Notes: generated from the letters alone by a model not told the origin. Shown: positions 18,630-28,211, counted from the stretch's first letter. The stretch: DNA of 64,000 bases from Halarcobacter sp. (GCA_963676565.1 OY781089.1:2624001-2688000), one strand, 5' to 3'. A program made the numbers and translations.

Positions 18630-19226
18630 TTATTCTTCTCTTAAACTAAAGTATGAAAGTGAGCTCTTACCAAATTTTTTCGTTTTATCAAGTGAAAACT
18701 TACCTAAAGTTTCTGGTATTTCTAAAGTACTTACATGTTCAACTATTATCATATAAATATTTTCATTTTCAAAATTTTCAATCATTTCAAATGATTTCTT
18801 ATAAATATCTTCCATGCCATCTCGAAAATCAAATGGTGGATCGATATAAACGATAAGTTCATCATCACTGTTTTTTAAACTATTTATAATAGAAGGTGTT
18901 TGAACAAAAGTATCACCCATCATAGTTTGACATGATTCAGGCTCAATTGCTTTACAGTTTTTTGTTAATATTTTATATGAGTTTTTATCAAGTTCTACAA
19001 AAAATGATTTTTTTGCACCTCTACTAATAGCTTCAAGTCCAATGCTTCCACTTCCAGCAAAGCTTTCTATAAAAATTTTTTCTATTATGTCAAATTGCAA
19101 AACATTAAAAAGTGACTCTTTTAACCTTGCTTTTGAGCTTCTAGTAACATCTAATGAAGGTAATTCTAAAACTTTACCTTTATATTTTCCTGCAATAATT
19201 TTTGTAGTTGGTTTATTGTTTTTCAT
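18630..19226 (-). CDS. rsmD: 16S rRNA m2G966 methyltransferase
   Basis: IIAGKYKG, KESLFN, FAGSGSIGLEAISRGA, DPPF. Confidence 0.92.
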   Translation of the reverse strand: MKNNKPTTKIIAGKYKGKVLELPSLDVTRSSKARLKESLFNVLQFDIIEKIFIESFAGSGSIGLEAISRGAKKSFFVELDKNSYKILTKNCKAIEPESCQTMMGDTFVQTPSIINSLKNSDDELIVYIDPPFDFRDGMEDIYKKSFEMIENFENENIYMIIVEHVSTLEIPETLGKFSLDKTKKFGKSSLSYFSLREE

Positions 19227-19296
19227 AATTCTCTTATTGTATAAATTTTTTCGTATTATAGTTAAACTTTGTTGAGGGTTTAATTTGAAATGATTA

Positions 19297-19329
19297 TTGT
19301 TAAACTTGAGTTAATATTGAGTTTAACTT
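19297..19329 (+). promoter_or_regulatory. Three tandem 11-bp units upstream of the DUF4405 gene (OmpR/PhoB-type box candidate)
   Basis: ttgttaaactt / gagttaatatt / gagtttaactt. Confidence 0.4.
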
Positions 19330-19379
19330 TCGTAATTTTAATAATATAGAATTTTATCATTAAAAAAGGAAGGACTATA

Positions 19380-19868
19380 ATGAAAAATTTTAAGATAAGA
19401 GACTATGCAACATCTTTTACAACATTGATGTTTTTGGTAATTGGGATAAGTGGAATTATGATGTATTTTCACTTTTATGATAAATATATAAAAGAATTAC
19501 ATGAGATTATAGGTTTAGTTTTTGTTACCGTTGCTTTATTCCATGTTTTAGCAAATTGGAAAGCTATGAAAAACTATTTTTCAAAAAAGGTGTTTTTATT
19601 TGCTGTAGCAAGTACTATTGTAGTTAGTTCAGTATTTGTAATAAATAGTTTAGGGAAGGGAGATAACCCAAAAAAAATGTTAATCGGAAAAGTTTTAAAT
19701 ACTCCAACAACTATCTCTTTTAAACTATTAAATGGGGATTATGAAAAAGCCATTGAAAAATTGAAAGCTCAAAATATAATTGTAAGTGAAGGAAAATCGA
19801 TAAACGCTATAGCAAAAGAAAACAATACTAGTCCATTTAGAATAGTTTCAATTATCACAACTAACTAA
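19380..19868 (+). CDS. DUF4405 membrane protein
   Basis: ISGI...LHEIIG...HVLANWK helices. Confidence 0.75.
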   Translation: MKNFKIRDYATSFTTLMFLVIGISGIMMYFHFYDKYIKELHEIIGLVFVTVALFHVLANWKAMKNYFSKKVFLFAVASTIVVSSVFVINSLGKGDNPKKMLIGKVLNTPTTISFKLLNGDYEKAIEKLKAQNIIVSEGKSINAIAKENNTSPFRIVSIITTN

Positions 19869-19932
19869 ATTTTGTAATCAAACCCATACCTTTTTTAGAT
19901 AAAATTACGCGATTTTATACAAAAGGTTATTC

Positions 19933-20445
19933 TTGCCAAAAAAAAGATTGAAAAAGATTTTACCAAGTCATGAAAAAATAAAAGGACAAAGATTTTTAAA
20001 AATATTTGGAAAACTTTTAGATAATAAAGATTTATGGAGTTTGTCTAGAAAAAAGGTTTTAGGTGGAGTTTTTATTGGAATTTTCGTAGCTTGTTTACCA
20101 ATGCCCTTACAAATGGTACTTGCTACATTTTTAGCAATTATATTTAGTGTAAACCTTCCCCTAAGCTTTGCACTAATATTTATTAGTAATCCAATTACAA
20201 TGCCTCCATTATTTTATTTTGAATACCAAATTGGAAAACTATTAATAAATCCACAAAACCCTGTAAAATTTGAGTTTGATTCTATGTATGATAACTTTGG
20301 AGATATTGCATTATGCCTTTGGAGTGGAGCTTTAGTTGTAGGAATATTTTCAAGTGTTGTATGTGTTGTAATTGTCAATTTTCTTTGGATTTATACTGTT
20401 AAAAAGAATAGGAAAAATGGTTTTAAATTAGTGTCAAAAAAATAA
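19933..20445 (+). CDS. DUF2062 membrane protein
   Basis: LWSLSR, PMPLQM, NLP, SNPITMPP. Confidence 0.85.
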   Translation: MPKKRLKKILPSHEKIKGQRFLKIFGKLLDNKDLWSLSRKKVLGGVFIGIFVACLPMPLQMVLATFLAIIFSVNLPLSFALIFISNPITMPPLFYFEYQIGKLLINPQNPVKFEFDSMYDNFGDIALCLWSGALVVGIFSSVVCVVIVNFLWIYTVKKNRKNGFKLVSKK

Positions 20446-20451
20446 GTTTTT

Positions 20452-20595
20452 TATAGGCAAGAGAAGCTTTAAATTTTTGTTTTAATTAAGGCGAATGAAA
20501 AAATTTAAGTGGGAGCTTACATCAAGTAAGTGAGTACTTAAATTTTTTCGTTCAACGCAAAGTAAAGCTAAAAGATGAAGCTTATCTTGCGTATG
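20452..20595. repeat. ERIC-like imperfect palindromic element (~140 bp)
   Basis: Nested inverted repeats 20457-20469/20578-20590 and 20493-20510/20536-20553; core ggagcttacat-c-aagtaagtga. Confidence 0.75.
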
Positions 20596-22129
20596 ATTGA
20601 GCTCGTAGCTCTCGAATTACATTAACTTTAATTTCCCCTGGATATTGAACTTTTTCTTCAATCTCTTGGGCAATCTCTGTTGCTAGTAACACAGCTTCGT
20701 CATCATTTACTAACTCAGCTTTTACTATTACTCTAACTTCTCTTCCAGCGTTAATTGCATAGGCATTAATAACACCAGTTTTACTAGTTGAAATATTTTC
20801 AACCTCTTCTACTCTTTTTAAGAAGCTTTCTAAAACTTCTCTTCTCGCACCTGGTCTTGCTGCACTAAGTGCATCAGCAGCACATACAGCAGCTGATTCT
20901 ACATTGATTGGTTCCTCATGACCATGGTGAGCATAAACTGCATTAATAACAGTTGGTGGCTCATCATATCTTTTACAGATTTCTGCACCTAAATCAACAT
21001 GGCTACCTGGCATATCATGAGTTAATGCTTTACCAATATCATGTAAAATACCAGCACGTCTAGCTAATACAGTATCTCCTCCCATTTGAGCGGCAATAAG
21101 TCCAGCTAAGTTTGCAACTTCTAAAGTATGTTTTAATGCGTTTTGACCATAAGAAGCTCTATATCTTAATCTACCAATTAATTTAATAAGTTCTGGATGC
21201 ATAGATTTAATTCCTAGCTCCATAATAACATCTTCACCCTCTTTTAAGATGTTTTTATCAAATTCCGTTTTAACCTTATTATAAATCTCTTCGATTCTTG
21301 CAGGTTGAATTCTTCCATCTTCAAGTAATTCTTGAATAGTTCTTGTTGCAATAGCTCTTCTATATAGATTAAATGAAGAGATTGTGATTGTATTTGGAGT
21401 ATCATCGATAATAATATCAACACCTAATAACATCTCTAGAGCTTTTATATTTCGCCCCTCTTTACCAATAATTTTACCTTTTGTTTCTTCATCAGATAAT
21501 GGTAGATTATTGATAAGTCTTTCAGCTGCAAATTCACCAGCATATCTTGTAACAGCTTGAGAAAGGATATTGTTAATTTCCTCTTTAGATTTTTGCTCTG
21601 CTAGTTTATATTTTTTTCTGAAAATCGATGCAATTTGAGCCCTTGAGTCTTCTTTTACTTTCTCAATCATCAGCTCTTTTGCTTCCTCTTGAGTAAGACC
21701 TGAAGAGTTTTCTAATACTTTAATTGCCTTAGCAATCTTTTCTTCAAAAGTTTTTTGCTGTCTTTTTAAACCCTCTTTTAAAGTAGTTATTTTTTCATTT
21801 TTTTCAACAATTTCCGCTTTTTGTTCTTTGATTATTCTTAGCTCAGATTCTAAATGATGATTTAATTCTTTCTCTTTCTTCTCTATTTGAGAAAGCATCT
21901 CATCATATTCTCTCTTTGCAGCCTTAAATTCCCTGTCGTAATCTTTTTTAGCTTTAATTTGTGCATCTTTTAAAACAACTTCAGCTTCATGCTCAATCAC
22001 TTTTGCTTTTGCTTTTGCTTGTTCAATATAGATGTCAAATTTTGCTTTGTTTATTTTCTTTAATACATATATTGTTATTGCTACACTTAGTATTGCAACA
22101 ACTATAGCGACTATCACTGTTGTCATCAT
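20582..22129 (-). CDS. rny: Ribonuclease Y
   Basis: N-terminal TM, coiled coil, KH (GKIIGKEGRNI), HD (LHDIGK), SAARPGAR. Confidence 0.97.
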   Translation of the reverse strand: MMTTVIVAIVVAILSVAITIYVLKKINKAKFDIYIEQAKAKAKVIEHEAEVVLKDAQIKAKKDYDREFKAAKREYDEMLSQIEKKEKELNHHLESELRIIKEQKAEIVEKNEKITTLKEGLKRQQKTFEEKIAKAIKVLENSSGLTQEEAKELMIEKVKEDSRAQIASIFRKKYKLAEQKSKEEINNILSQAVTRYAGEFAAERLINNLPLSDEETKGKIIGKEGRNIKALEMLLGVDIIIDDTPNTITISSFNLYRRAIATRTIQELLEDGRIQPARIEEIYNKVKTEFDKNILKEGEDVIMELGIKSMHPELIKLIGRLRYRASYGQNALKHTLEVANLAGLIAAQMGGDTVLARRAGILHDIGKALTHDMPGSHVDLGAEICKRYDEPPTVINAVYAHHGHEEPINVESAAVCAADALSAARPGARREVLESFLKRVEEVENISTSKTGVINAYAINAGREVRVIVKAELVNDDEAVLLATEIAQEIEEKVQYPGEIKVNVIRELRAQSYAR

Positions 22130-22139
22130 GGTATTTACC

Positions 22140-22676
22140 TTAACTTGTAATTATATAGTCGGCTTGAATATCGTATTGATTAGATAGTTTTTTATCTGAT
22201 TTACAAAGTGTTAATTGAGTAAAAACAATTACAGGTTTATAGTCCAACCTATCGAAAAACCTGTCATACATTCCTTTTCCAAAACCAATTCTTTTACACT
22301 CTTTATCAACTCCAACAACAGGCACTATTGCTAGATCGATTTTAAAATTTTTGCAAAATGAATTATTTGGTTCTTTAATACCAAACTTTTTTTTATGTAA
22401 TGGTAATCTATATCTTACTAATTTAAAACTGTCCTCAACCATAAAGGGAACAAAAACATTAGTTTTTGTTTTCCTTAGTTCGTTTATTAATGGAAGTACG
22501 TTTACTTCCATACCCATTGGAATATATAACAAAATGTTTTTAGGTTTATAACTATTTATAAAACTTTTAATTTTTTTTACTGTTTTTTTATCTTTGTAGA
22601 ATTTTAAAAAACGGCTTTGAAATTCTAATCTTTTAATACACGATTTTCTAAAATCACTCTTGTGATCCCTCATCAT
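22140..22676 (-). CDS. 5-formyltetrahydrofolate cyclo-ligase
   Basis: FGIKEP, DLAIVP, RIGFGKGMYDR. Confidence 0.92.
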   Translation of the reverse strand: MMRDHKSDFRKSCIKRLEFQSRFLKFYKDKKTVKKIKSFINSYKPKNILLYIPMGMEVNVLPLINELRKTKTNVFVPFMVEDSFKLVRYRLPLHKKKFGIKEPNNSFCKNFKIDLAIVPVVGVDKECKRIGFGKGMYDRFFDRLDYKPVIVFTQLTLCKSDKKLSNQYDIQADYIITS

Positions 22677-22683
22677 ATTTAAG

Positions 22684-22730
22684 CCTTACTTGGGTAAAAT
22701 TCTTACCTTAAAATATTTTACCCATAAGGA
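22684..22730. promoter_or_regulatory. Symmetric divergent promoter region with inverted extended -10 boxes
   Basis: tgggtaaaat (22691-22700) and its reverse complement attttaccca (22715-22724), flanked by cctta/taagg RBS-like motifs. Confidence 0.55.
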
Positions 22731-22736
22731 ATTAAA

Positions 22737-23309
22737 ATGCAGTTTAAAAAATTACTTTTTTTAATAATTTCTGCCACGCTGCTACTAATTGGATGCGACT
22801 CTAAAGATGAAAATACAAGTAAGGCTGGAACTGAAACATCAACTCAAAAAGAGATACAAACAAAATATCAACTAGAAACATTAGGTGAAGCACCTATCAA
22901 TTTAACTTATAAAAATGAAACACTAAAAATTGATGAGATTCAAGGAAAAGTTATACTTGTTAATTTTTTTGCTACTTGGTGTCCACCTTGTAAAGCAGAG
23001 ATTCCACATTTAATAAATTTAAAAAATAAGTATAAAGATAATTTTGAAATTATTGCTGTAAATGTAGGTGAAAAAAGTGGACAATTAACAGAGAAAACAA
23101 CTCTAACTAATTTTGTAAATGAATATAAAATTAATTACACAGTTACAAACTCTGAAAACAATTTTAAAATTGCAGAATTAATGGGTGGAGTTAGAATAAT
23201 TCCAACTATGTATCTTTTTGATCCAAAGGGAACTATTGTTCAAAAATATGTAGGTATTGTTCCAGAAGAGATGCTAGAAACAGATATTATAAAAGCTTTA
23301 GGAAAATAA
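22737..23309 (+). CDS. TlpA-family thioredoxin-like lipoprotein
   Basis: Lipobox LIGC; NFFATWCPPC; IPT. Confidence 0.9.
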   Translation: MQFKKLLFLIISATLLLIGCDSKDENTSKAGTETSTQKEIQTKYQLETLGEAPINLTYKNETLKIDEIQGKVILVNFFATWCPPCKAEIPHLINLKNKYKDNFEIIAVNVGEKSGQLTEKTTLTNFVNEYKINYTVTNSENNFKIAELMGGVRIIPTMYLFDPKGTIVQKYVGIVPEEMLETDIIKALGK

Positions 23310-23311
23310 AT

Positions 23312-24397
23312 ATGTTTAGTTTTTTCAAGAAAAAAGATAAAAAAGATGAAGAGATTGTTGAGAAAGAACTTCAAGAAAAAGAACTAAAAGAGCAAGAGTC
23401 TAAACAAGATGAACTTCCAGAAGAAAAAGTTGTAGAGACAATTGAAGAAATTATTCAAGAAGAACCAAAACAAGAAGAGATTAAAGAAGAGACGCAAAAA
23501 GAAGAAGAGAATGTAGCTTCAAAGAGCTTTTTCTCAAGAGCTTTATCAAAAACCTTTGAAAATATTAAATCTGTAGTACCACAAAGACAAGAAAAAATTG
23601 CCTTTGATGATATTGAAGAGCTTTTAATTGAATCAGATATGGAATATGAAATCATCGAAAAAGCGATGGATGGACTTCCTGAAATGATTACAAGAAAACA
23701 ATTAAGACACAGACTTGTAATGTTATTTGAACATGCTCCTGATGTAGATCTTTCAAATTTACCTAAACCTTTTGTAAGATTAATCATTGGTGTTAATGGT
23801 GCAGGAAAAACAACAACAATTGCAAAACTTGCTAATAAAAGTAAAAAAGAAGGTAAATCTGTACTTCTTGGAGCGGGCGATACATTTAGAGCTGCTGCCA
23901 TTGAACAATTAGATACTTGGGCAACAAAATTAAATGTTCCAATTGTAAAAACTAAACAAGGTCATGATGCAAGTGCTGTTGCATATGATACTATTTCTTC
24001 AGCTATAGCAAAAGATATTGACAATGTTATTATTGACACAGCTGGGAGATTACAAACACAAACAAATTTAAGTAATGAGCTTAAAAAGATTGTAAAAGTT
24101 TGTGGAAAAGCTATGGAAAATGCACCCCACCAAAAACTAATGATTTTAGATGGAACTCAAGGAAACTCAGCAATAGCACAAGCTAAAGCTTTTAATGAGA
24201 TGATAGGGATTGATGGAATTATTGTTACAAAACTTGATGGTACAGCAAAAGGTGGAGCACTTTTCTCTATTTCAAATCAGTTAGAACTTCCTATCTTTTT
24301 TGTAGGTACTGGTGAAACTGCTGATGACTTAATGCAATTTAGTCCTGATAACTTTGTTGATTCAATATTAGATGAAATATATCCAGAAGAAAACTAA
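23312..24397 (+). CDS. ftsY: Signal recognition particle receptor
   Basis: Acidic N-terminus; GVNGAGKTTT, DTFRAAA, DTAGR, TKLDGTAKGG. Confidence 0.97.
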   Translation: MFSFFKKKDKKDEEIVEKELQEKELKEQESKQDELPEEKVVETIEEIIQEEPKQEEIKEETQKEEENVASKSFFSRALSKTFENIKSVVPQRQEKIAFDDIEELLIESDMEYEIIEKAMDGLPEMITRKQLRHRLVMLFEHAPDVDLSNLPKPFVRLIIGVNGAGKTTTIAKLANKSKKEGKSVLLGAGDTFRAAAIEQLDTWATKLNVPIVKTKQGHDASAVAYDTISSAIAKDIDNVIIDTAGRLQTQTNLSNELKKIVKVCGKAMENAPHQKLMILDGTQGNSAIAQAKAFNEMIGIDGIIVTKLDGTAKGGALFSISNQLELPIFFVGTGETADDLMQFSPDNFVDSILDEIYPEEN

Positions 24398-24402
24398 GAT
24401 AT

Positions 24403-25191
24403 ATGGATAAAACTATTAACTTTTTTGTTACAAAAGAACTTGAAGAATCTGTTCTAAATGAAATAAAAGTTAACAATAAAGAGATAATAAAACACACATA
24501 TAATGATGAAACCATTTGGATAAAAAGACCAAGGGCAACTAAATCAAATATCTTTCACAAAATGGCATATTCTTTAACAAATATAAAAGGACTTATGCCA
24601 GTTGAAAGTAAAACAAAAGAACAAACTTTAATCCATGAGGTTTCAAAACTACAAAGACTAAAAGAAAAAAGAATCAATGTTCCTAAAGTTTTAGGATGTA
24701 ATAGTGAAGTTTTTGTTTTAGAAGATAATGGTATAACAATAAAAAGTTTTTTAAGAAATAAAGAACTTGAAAAAACTGTTTTTGAAAATAGATTAAAAGA
24801 TACACTAAACCTACTAATAAAAATCCACAATAATGATGAATACCACGGTGGTCCACAAGTAAAAAACTACACTTTTAAAGATGGTGTTGTAAGTGCTATT
24901 GACTTTGAAGATAGCTTTGATAAAAGCTTTAAACTAGAATATATTCAATTTAGAGATTTCTTCTTGTTTTTATTCTCACTTACAGAATTAAAAAAAGATA
25001 TTGACTACAAAGAGATTATTGATATTTACATGAAAGAAACAAAAAAAGAAGGTATTGATAAAGAGTTAAAATCAATTGCTTTAAAATTAAGATTTTTAAC
25101 TAAAATTATTGAAAACAAACTCTTTTATAATCTATTTTTTGATGATGTAATTAATACTTATAAATTAGTGAAAACCTTACAGAAACTTTAA
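24403..25191 (+). CDS. Kinase-like protein (Kdo/InaA/RIO-like fold)
   Basis: WIKR, VPKVL, VLED, HGGPQVKN, AIDFE. Confidence 0.6.
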   Translation: MDKTINFFVTKELEESVLNEIKVNNKEIIKHTYNDETIWIKRPRATKSNIFHKMAYSLTNIKGLMPVESKTKEQTLIHEVSKLQRLKEKRINVPKVLGCNSEVFVLEDNGITIKSFLRNKELEKTVFENRLKDTLNLLIKIHNNDEYHGGPQVKNYTFKDGVVSAIDFEDSFDKSFKLEYIQFRDFFLFLFSLTELKKDIDYKEIIDIYMKETKKEGIDKELKSIALKLRFLTKIIENKLFYNLFFDDVINTYKLVKTLQKL

Positions 25192-25384
25192 AGATATTAT
25201 TAAACTCCTTGCTATTTGAATTTTTTTCAGATATAGTGTACTCACTTAAAGAAAAAATTAGTACTTATTCATTGTTTGCTTTTTATTAACATCTATGTTG
25301 ACACTTATCTCTCATATAATTTACAATCTGGTTTAACTTTACTAAAACTTCACATATGAAGTAAACATATATAAAAGGATTTCT

Positions 25385-25603
25385 ATGTCAAATAGATACA
25401 ATGGAACAGTAAAATGGTTCAATAATGAAAAAGGTTTTGGATTTATCCAATTAGAAGATAATAGCAAAGATTTATTTATTCATCACAGTGAAATTAATAA
25501 TAGAGGTTATGGAAAGTCATCATTAGATGATGGACAAAAAGTTACTTTTAATATTGGTGTAAATCAAAAAGGTGAACATGCAACGAGTGTAGAAGCTCTA
25601 TAA
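25385..25603 (+). CDS. Cold-shock protein
   Basis: GTVKWFNNEKGFGFI...LFIHHS. Confidence 0.95.
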   Translation: MSNRYNGTVKWFNNEKGFGFIQLEDNSKDLFIHHSEINNRGYGKSSLDDGQKVTFNIGVNQKGEHATSVEAL

Positions 25604-25607
25604 TCTT

Positions 25608-26258
25608 TTGTCTAATATAAGATATAAATATCAAACAATAGAGTTTGATAATGTTGATATCCATTTAAAAACACTTAAAGATACTCAACAATTTTATGAC
25701 AAAAACAATGAAGCACAAGATTTAGGGATAAACTCTGCATCTTGGGCCTTATTTGGTGTCTTATGGCCTTCAAGCCAAATCTTAGCTGAATATGTTTATC
25801 AATCTGATACAACTTCAAAAAGAATTCTTGAAGTTGGATGTGGTATTGGTTTAAGCAGTTTACTTTTAAATCATTTAGACCAAGATATAACAGCAACAGA
25901 CTATCACCCTGAAGTAAAAGCCTTTCTTTTAAAAAACTCAAACTTAAATAATGATGAAGAGATTCCTTTTTATAGGTTAGACTGGGAAGATGACGCTATA
26001 AAGAAAATTGGAAAATTTGATTTAATAATAGGAAGCGATTTACTTTATCAACAAAACCATGGAGAGTTACTATCTCATTTTATTAACAACTATGCTAATA
26101 AAGTATGTGAAGTAATAATTGTCGACCCAAGTAGAGGTAATCATTCAAAATTTAAAAAAGCTATGATAAGTTTTGGATTTGAATATGAAAAAGTAGATAC
26201 AGTAAAATATTCTGAAACAAACTACAAAGGCTCTATCCATAAATACAATAAGGAATAA
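25608..26258 (+). CDS. Class I SAM-dependent methyltransferase (Methyltransf_16-like)
   Basis: GVLWPSS, ILEVGCGIG, TDYHP, LDW, DLIIGSDLLY. Confidence 0.85.
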   Translation: MSNIRYKYQTIEFDNVDIHLKTLKDTQQFYDKNNEAQDLGINSASWALFGVLWPSSQILAEYVYQSDTTSKRILEVGCGIGLSSLLLNHLDQDITATDYHPEVKAFLLKNSNLNNDEEIPFYRLDWEDDAIKKIGKFDLIIGSDLLYQQNHGELLSHFINNYANKVCEVIIVDPSRGNHSKFKKAMISFGFEYEKVDTVKYSETNYKGSIHKYNKE

Positions 26259-26457
26259 AACTTTTACTAAAAATTCAAGTTAAAAACTACCAATTTCTCT
26301 AAAATATCTTTCTATATTTTCAAAAAATATACCATCATTATAATTCATAACGATACAAAACAAAAAAATTTAAAAAATTTTATATTTTCTATTTACCCCA
26401 TGTTTTAGGGCTTTTTATTTATAAAAAACTCTATCCATATCACTCTTTAATGTAATT

Positions 26458-26476
26458 TACTTTGCATTACAAAGTA
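26458..26476. promoter_or_regulatory. Palindromic operator, probable PadR autoregulatory site
   Basis: tactttg-N5-caaagta just upstream of an extended -10 (tg-a-tatact, 26482-26490). Confidence 0.65.
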
Positions 26477-26534
26477 TATTGTGATATACTTTCATATGTT
26501 AAAAGATTGAAAATAAATAAATGAAAGGCAAACT

Positions 26535-26879
26535 ATGGAAGAAGATTATAAAAAGTGGTTAGCTCAATTTCGTAAAGGATACATTGAATTATGTACTCTT
26601 ATTACTTTAAAGCAAAATGGGGCACATCATGGTGTTGCACTTATAAAAGCTTTTGAAGAAGTTGAACTAAGTATAAATGAGGGGACATTATATCCCTTAC
26701 TAAATAGAATGGAACAAAACGGTTGGTTAGAGTCTTCTTGGAACATGCCTAAAACAAGTGGGCATCCAAAAAGGGAGTATAAAATCAGTAAAAAAGGTCA
26801 AGAACTTTTACCTAGATTAATAGAAACCTTCGATTCACATAATAAAAGTTTAGAAAATCTAAAAGGAAAGAAAAAATGA
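26535..26879 (+). CDS. PadR-family transcriptional regulator
   Basis: QFRKG..ELC.L, EGTLYPLLNRME..GW, P.REY..S..G. Confidence 0.92.
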   Translation: MEEDYKKWLAQFRKGYIELCTLITLKQNGAHHGVALIKAFEEVELSINEGTLYPLLNRMEQNGWLESSWNMPKTSGHPKREYKISKKGQELLPRLIETFDSHNKSLENLKGKKK

Positions 26880-27640
26880 AAACAAATGACTACATAAAAC
26901 AGTTAAAAAAACATTTATCTGTTCTTGAAAATAATAAAAAAGAAGAGATAGTAAAAGAGATAGAAAGTTACATTGAAGAAAGCGATGCTAGTTATTCTTT
27001 ACTTGTTGAAAGATTTGGAACACCCCAAGAGCTTGCAAACAGTTATTTAGAAGATATGCCAATTAATGAATCTAAAAGTAAAAAGATATGGTCAAAAACT
27101 AAAAAGGCTGTTTTTACAATTATTATTTTCCTTATTGTAGTTTCTATTGCTGTTGGAATTTTTATTTATAATATAATAAAAGACCCATTCGACTATGCAG
27201 AGTTTGATGCTAATACAATTGATACAAAAATTGAAGCCAAATGGGAAAAAATCGATAATATAGACTCTATAGATATTGAACAAGCAAAAGTTGTACTTTA
27301 TGGGAGTGATAAAAATGTATTTGAAGTAAGTTGTGAAGGGAATAAAAATGGGCAAAACGAAAATACTTTTGTAATAAAACAATCAAGATGCTTTTTGAAA
27401 GTACCAAAACAAAAACTAAATATAAAATCTATTCAATCTGAAATTGTATTTGTTGAACCAAAAGATGAGATACAATTTAATTCAAGACAAAGTAGAATAA
27501 GAGTTGCTTCTAAGAAGACCCAATATAAATATGAATTAAATGGGGAAGAGAGTGATTTTAAAAAGATAAAATCAAATGAAAATGGTATACTAATAAAAGG
27601 TAAATTTTATCAAAGTGAAGTTATACCATACGAGTATTAA
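26876..27640 (+). CDS. HAAS/DUF1700-domain membrane protein
   Basis: YIKQLKKHL...EI.SYI...FGTPQELA, single TM; overlaps the padR stop. Confidence 0.75.
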   Translation: MKTNDYIKQLKKHLSVLENNKKEEIVKEIESYIEESDASYSLLVERFGTPQELANSYLEDMPINESKSKKIWSKTKKAVFTIIIFLIVVSIAVGIFIYNIIKDPFDYAEFDANTIDTKIEAKWEKIDNIDSIDIEQAKVVLYGSDKNVFEVSCEGNKNGQNENTFVIKQSRCFLKVPKQKLNIKSIQSEIVFVEPKDEIQFNSRQSRIRVASKKTQYKYELNGEESDFKKIKSNENGILIKGKFYQSEVIPYEY

Positions 27641-27641
27641 A

Positions 27642-27670
27642 TTTTAGGGGAAGAATTTATTCCCCTAAAA
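27642..27670. terminator. Hairpin/terminator between convergent genes
   Basis: ttttaggggaa...ttcccctaaaa. Confidence 0.65.
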
Positions 27671-28211
27671 AACTACCAATTTTTCTAAAGTAGCTTTCAA
27701 TATTTTCAAAAGAATGATTACCACCCTCTTCTATTACAAGTTCACTTTCACTTAACTTTTCTTCTGCTTCTGTGTAATCTAATACCTCATCTTCAGTTTG
27801 AAGTAGTGTTAAAAAATTTTCTTGGTTTTCTATCTCATTTACTTCTAAAGCTTTTAGTTGTTGAATATGTTCAGTTGTAACTTCAAAAGATGTACTATCA
27901 TAATAATTTATCGCCATTCCAACTTTATCTAAAGTTTTATACGGGTAAACAGCTGGATTAATTAGAACTGCTTTCAAATCATATTTGTTTGCTAAATATA
28001 TTGAATAATACCCACCTAAAGATGAACCTACTAAACCTACATTTTCATTTTTTTCTAAAAGTAATTCAATTAGTTGTTCTAAAGTATCTATTGCTAAATT
28101 AGGTACATATGATAAAGATGGTGCGATCACCTCTTCCTCAAAGTATTCCCTAAAAAGCATTGCTTTACCACCATGTCCACTACTTCCAAAACCATGTATA
28201 TATATAATCAT
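27657..28211 (-). CDS. YqiA/YcfP-family alpha/beta esterase
   Basis: YIHGFGSS, GSSLGG, LINPA, DEVLD, GGNH. Confidence 0.92.
   Translation of the reverse strand: MIIYIHGFGSSGHGGKAMLFREYFEEEVIAPSLSYVPNLAIDTLEQLIELLLEKNENVGLVGSSLGGYYSIYLANKYDLKAVLINPAVYPYKTLDKVGMAINYYDSTSFEVTTEHIQQLKALEVNEIENQENFLTLLQTEDEVLDYTEAEEKLSESELVIEEGGNHSFENIESYFRKIGSFLGE

Noticed and set aside
22677..22736. 6S RNA upstream of the 5-FTHF cyclo-ligase gene, as in many bacteria
   Set aside because: The gap is only 60 bp, too short for 6S RNA.
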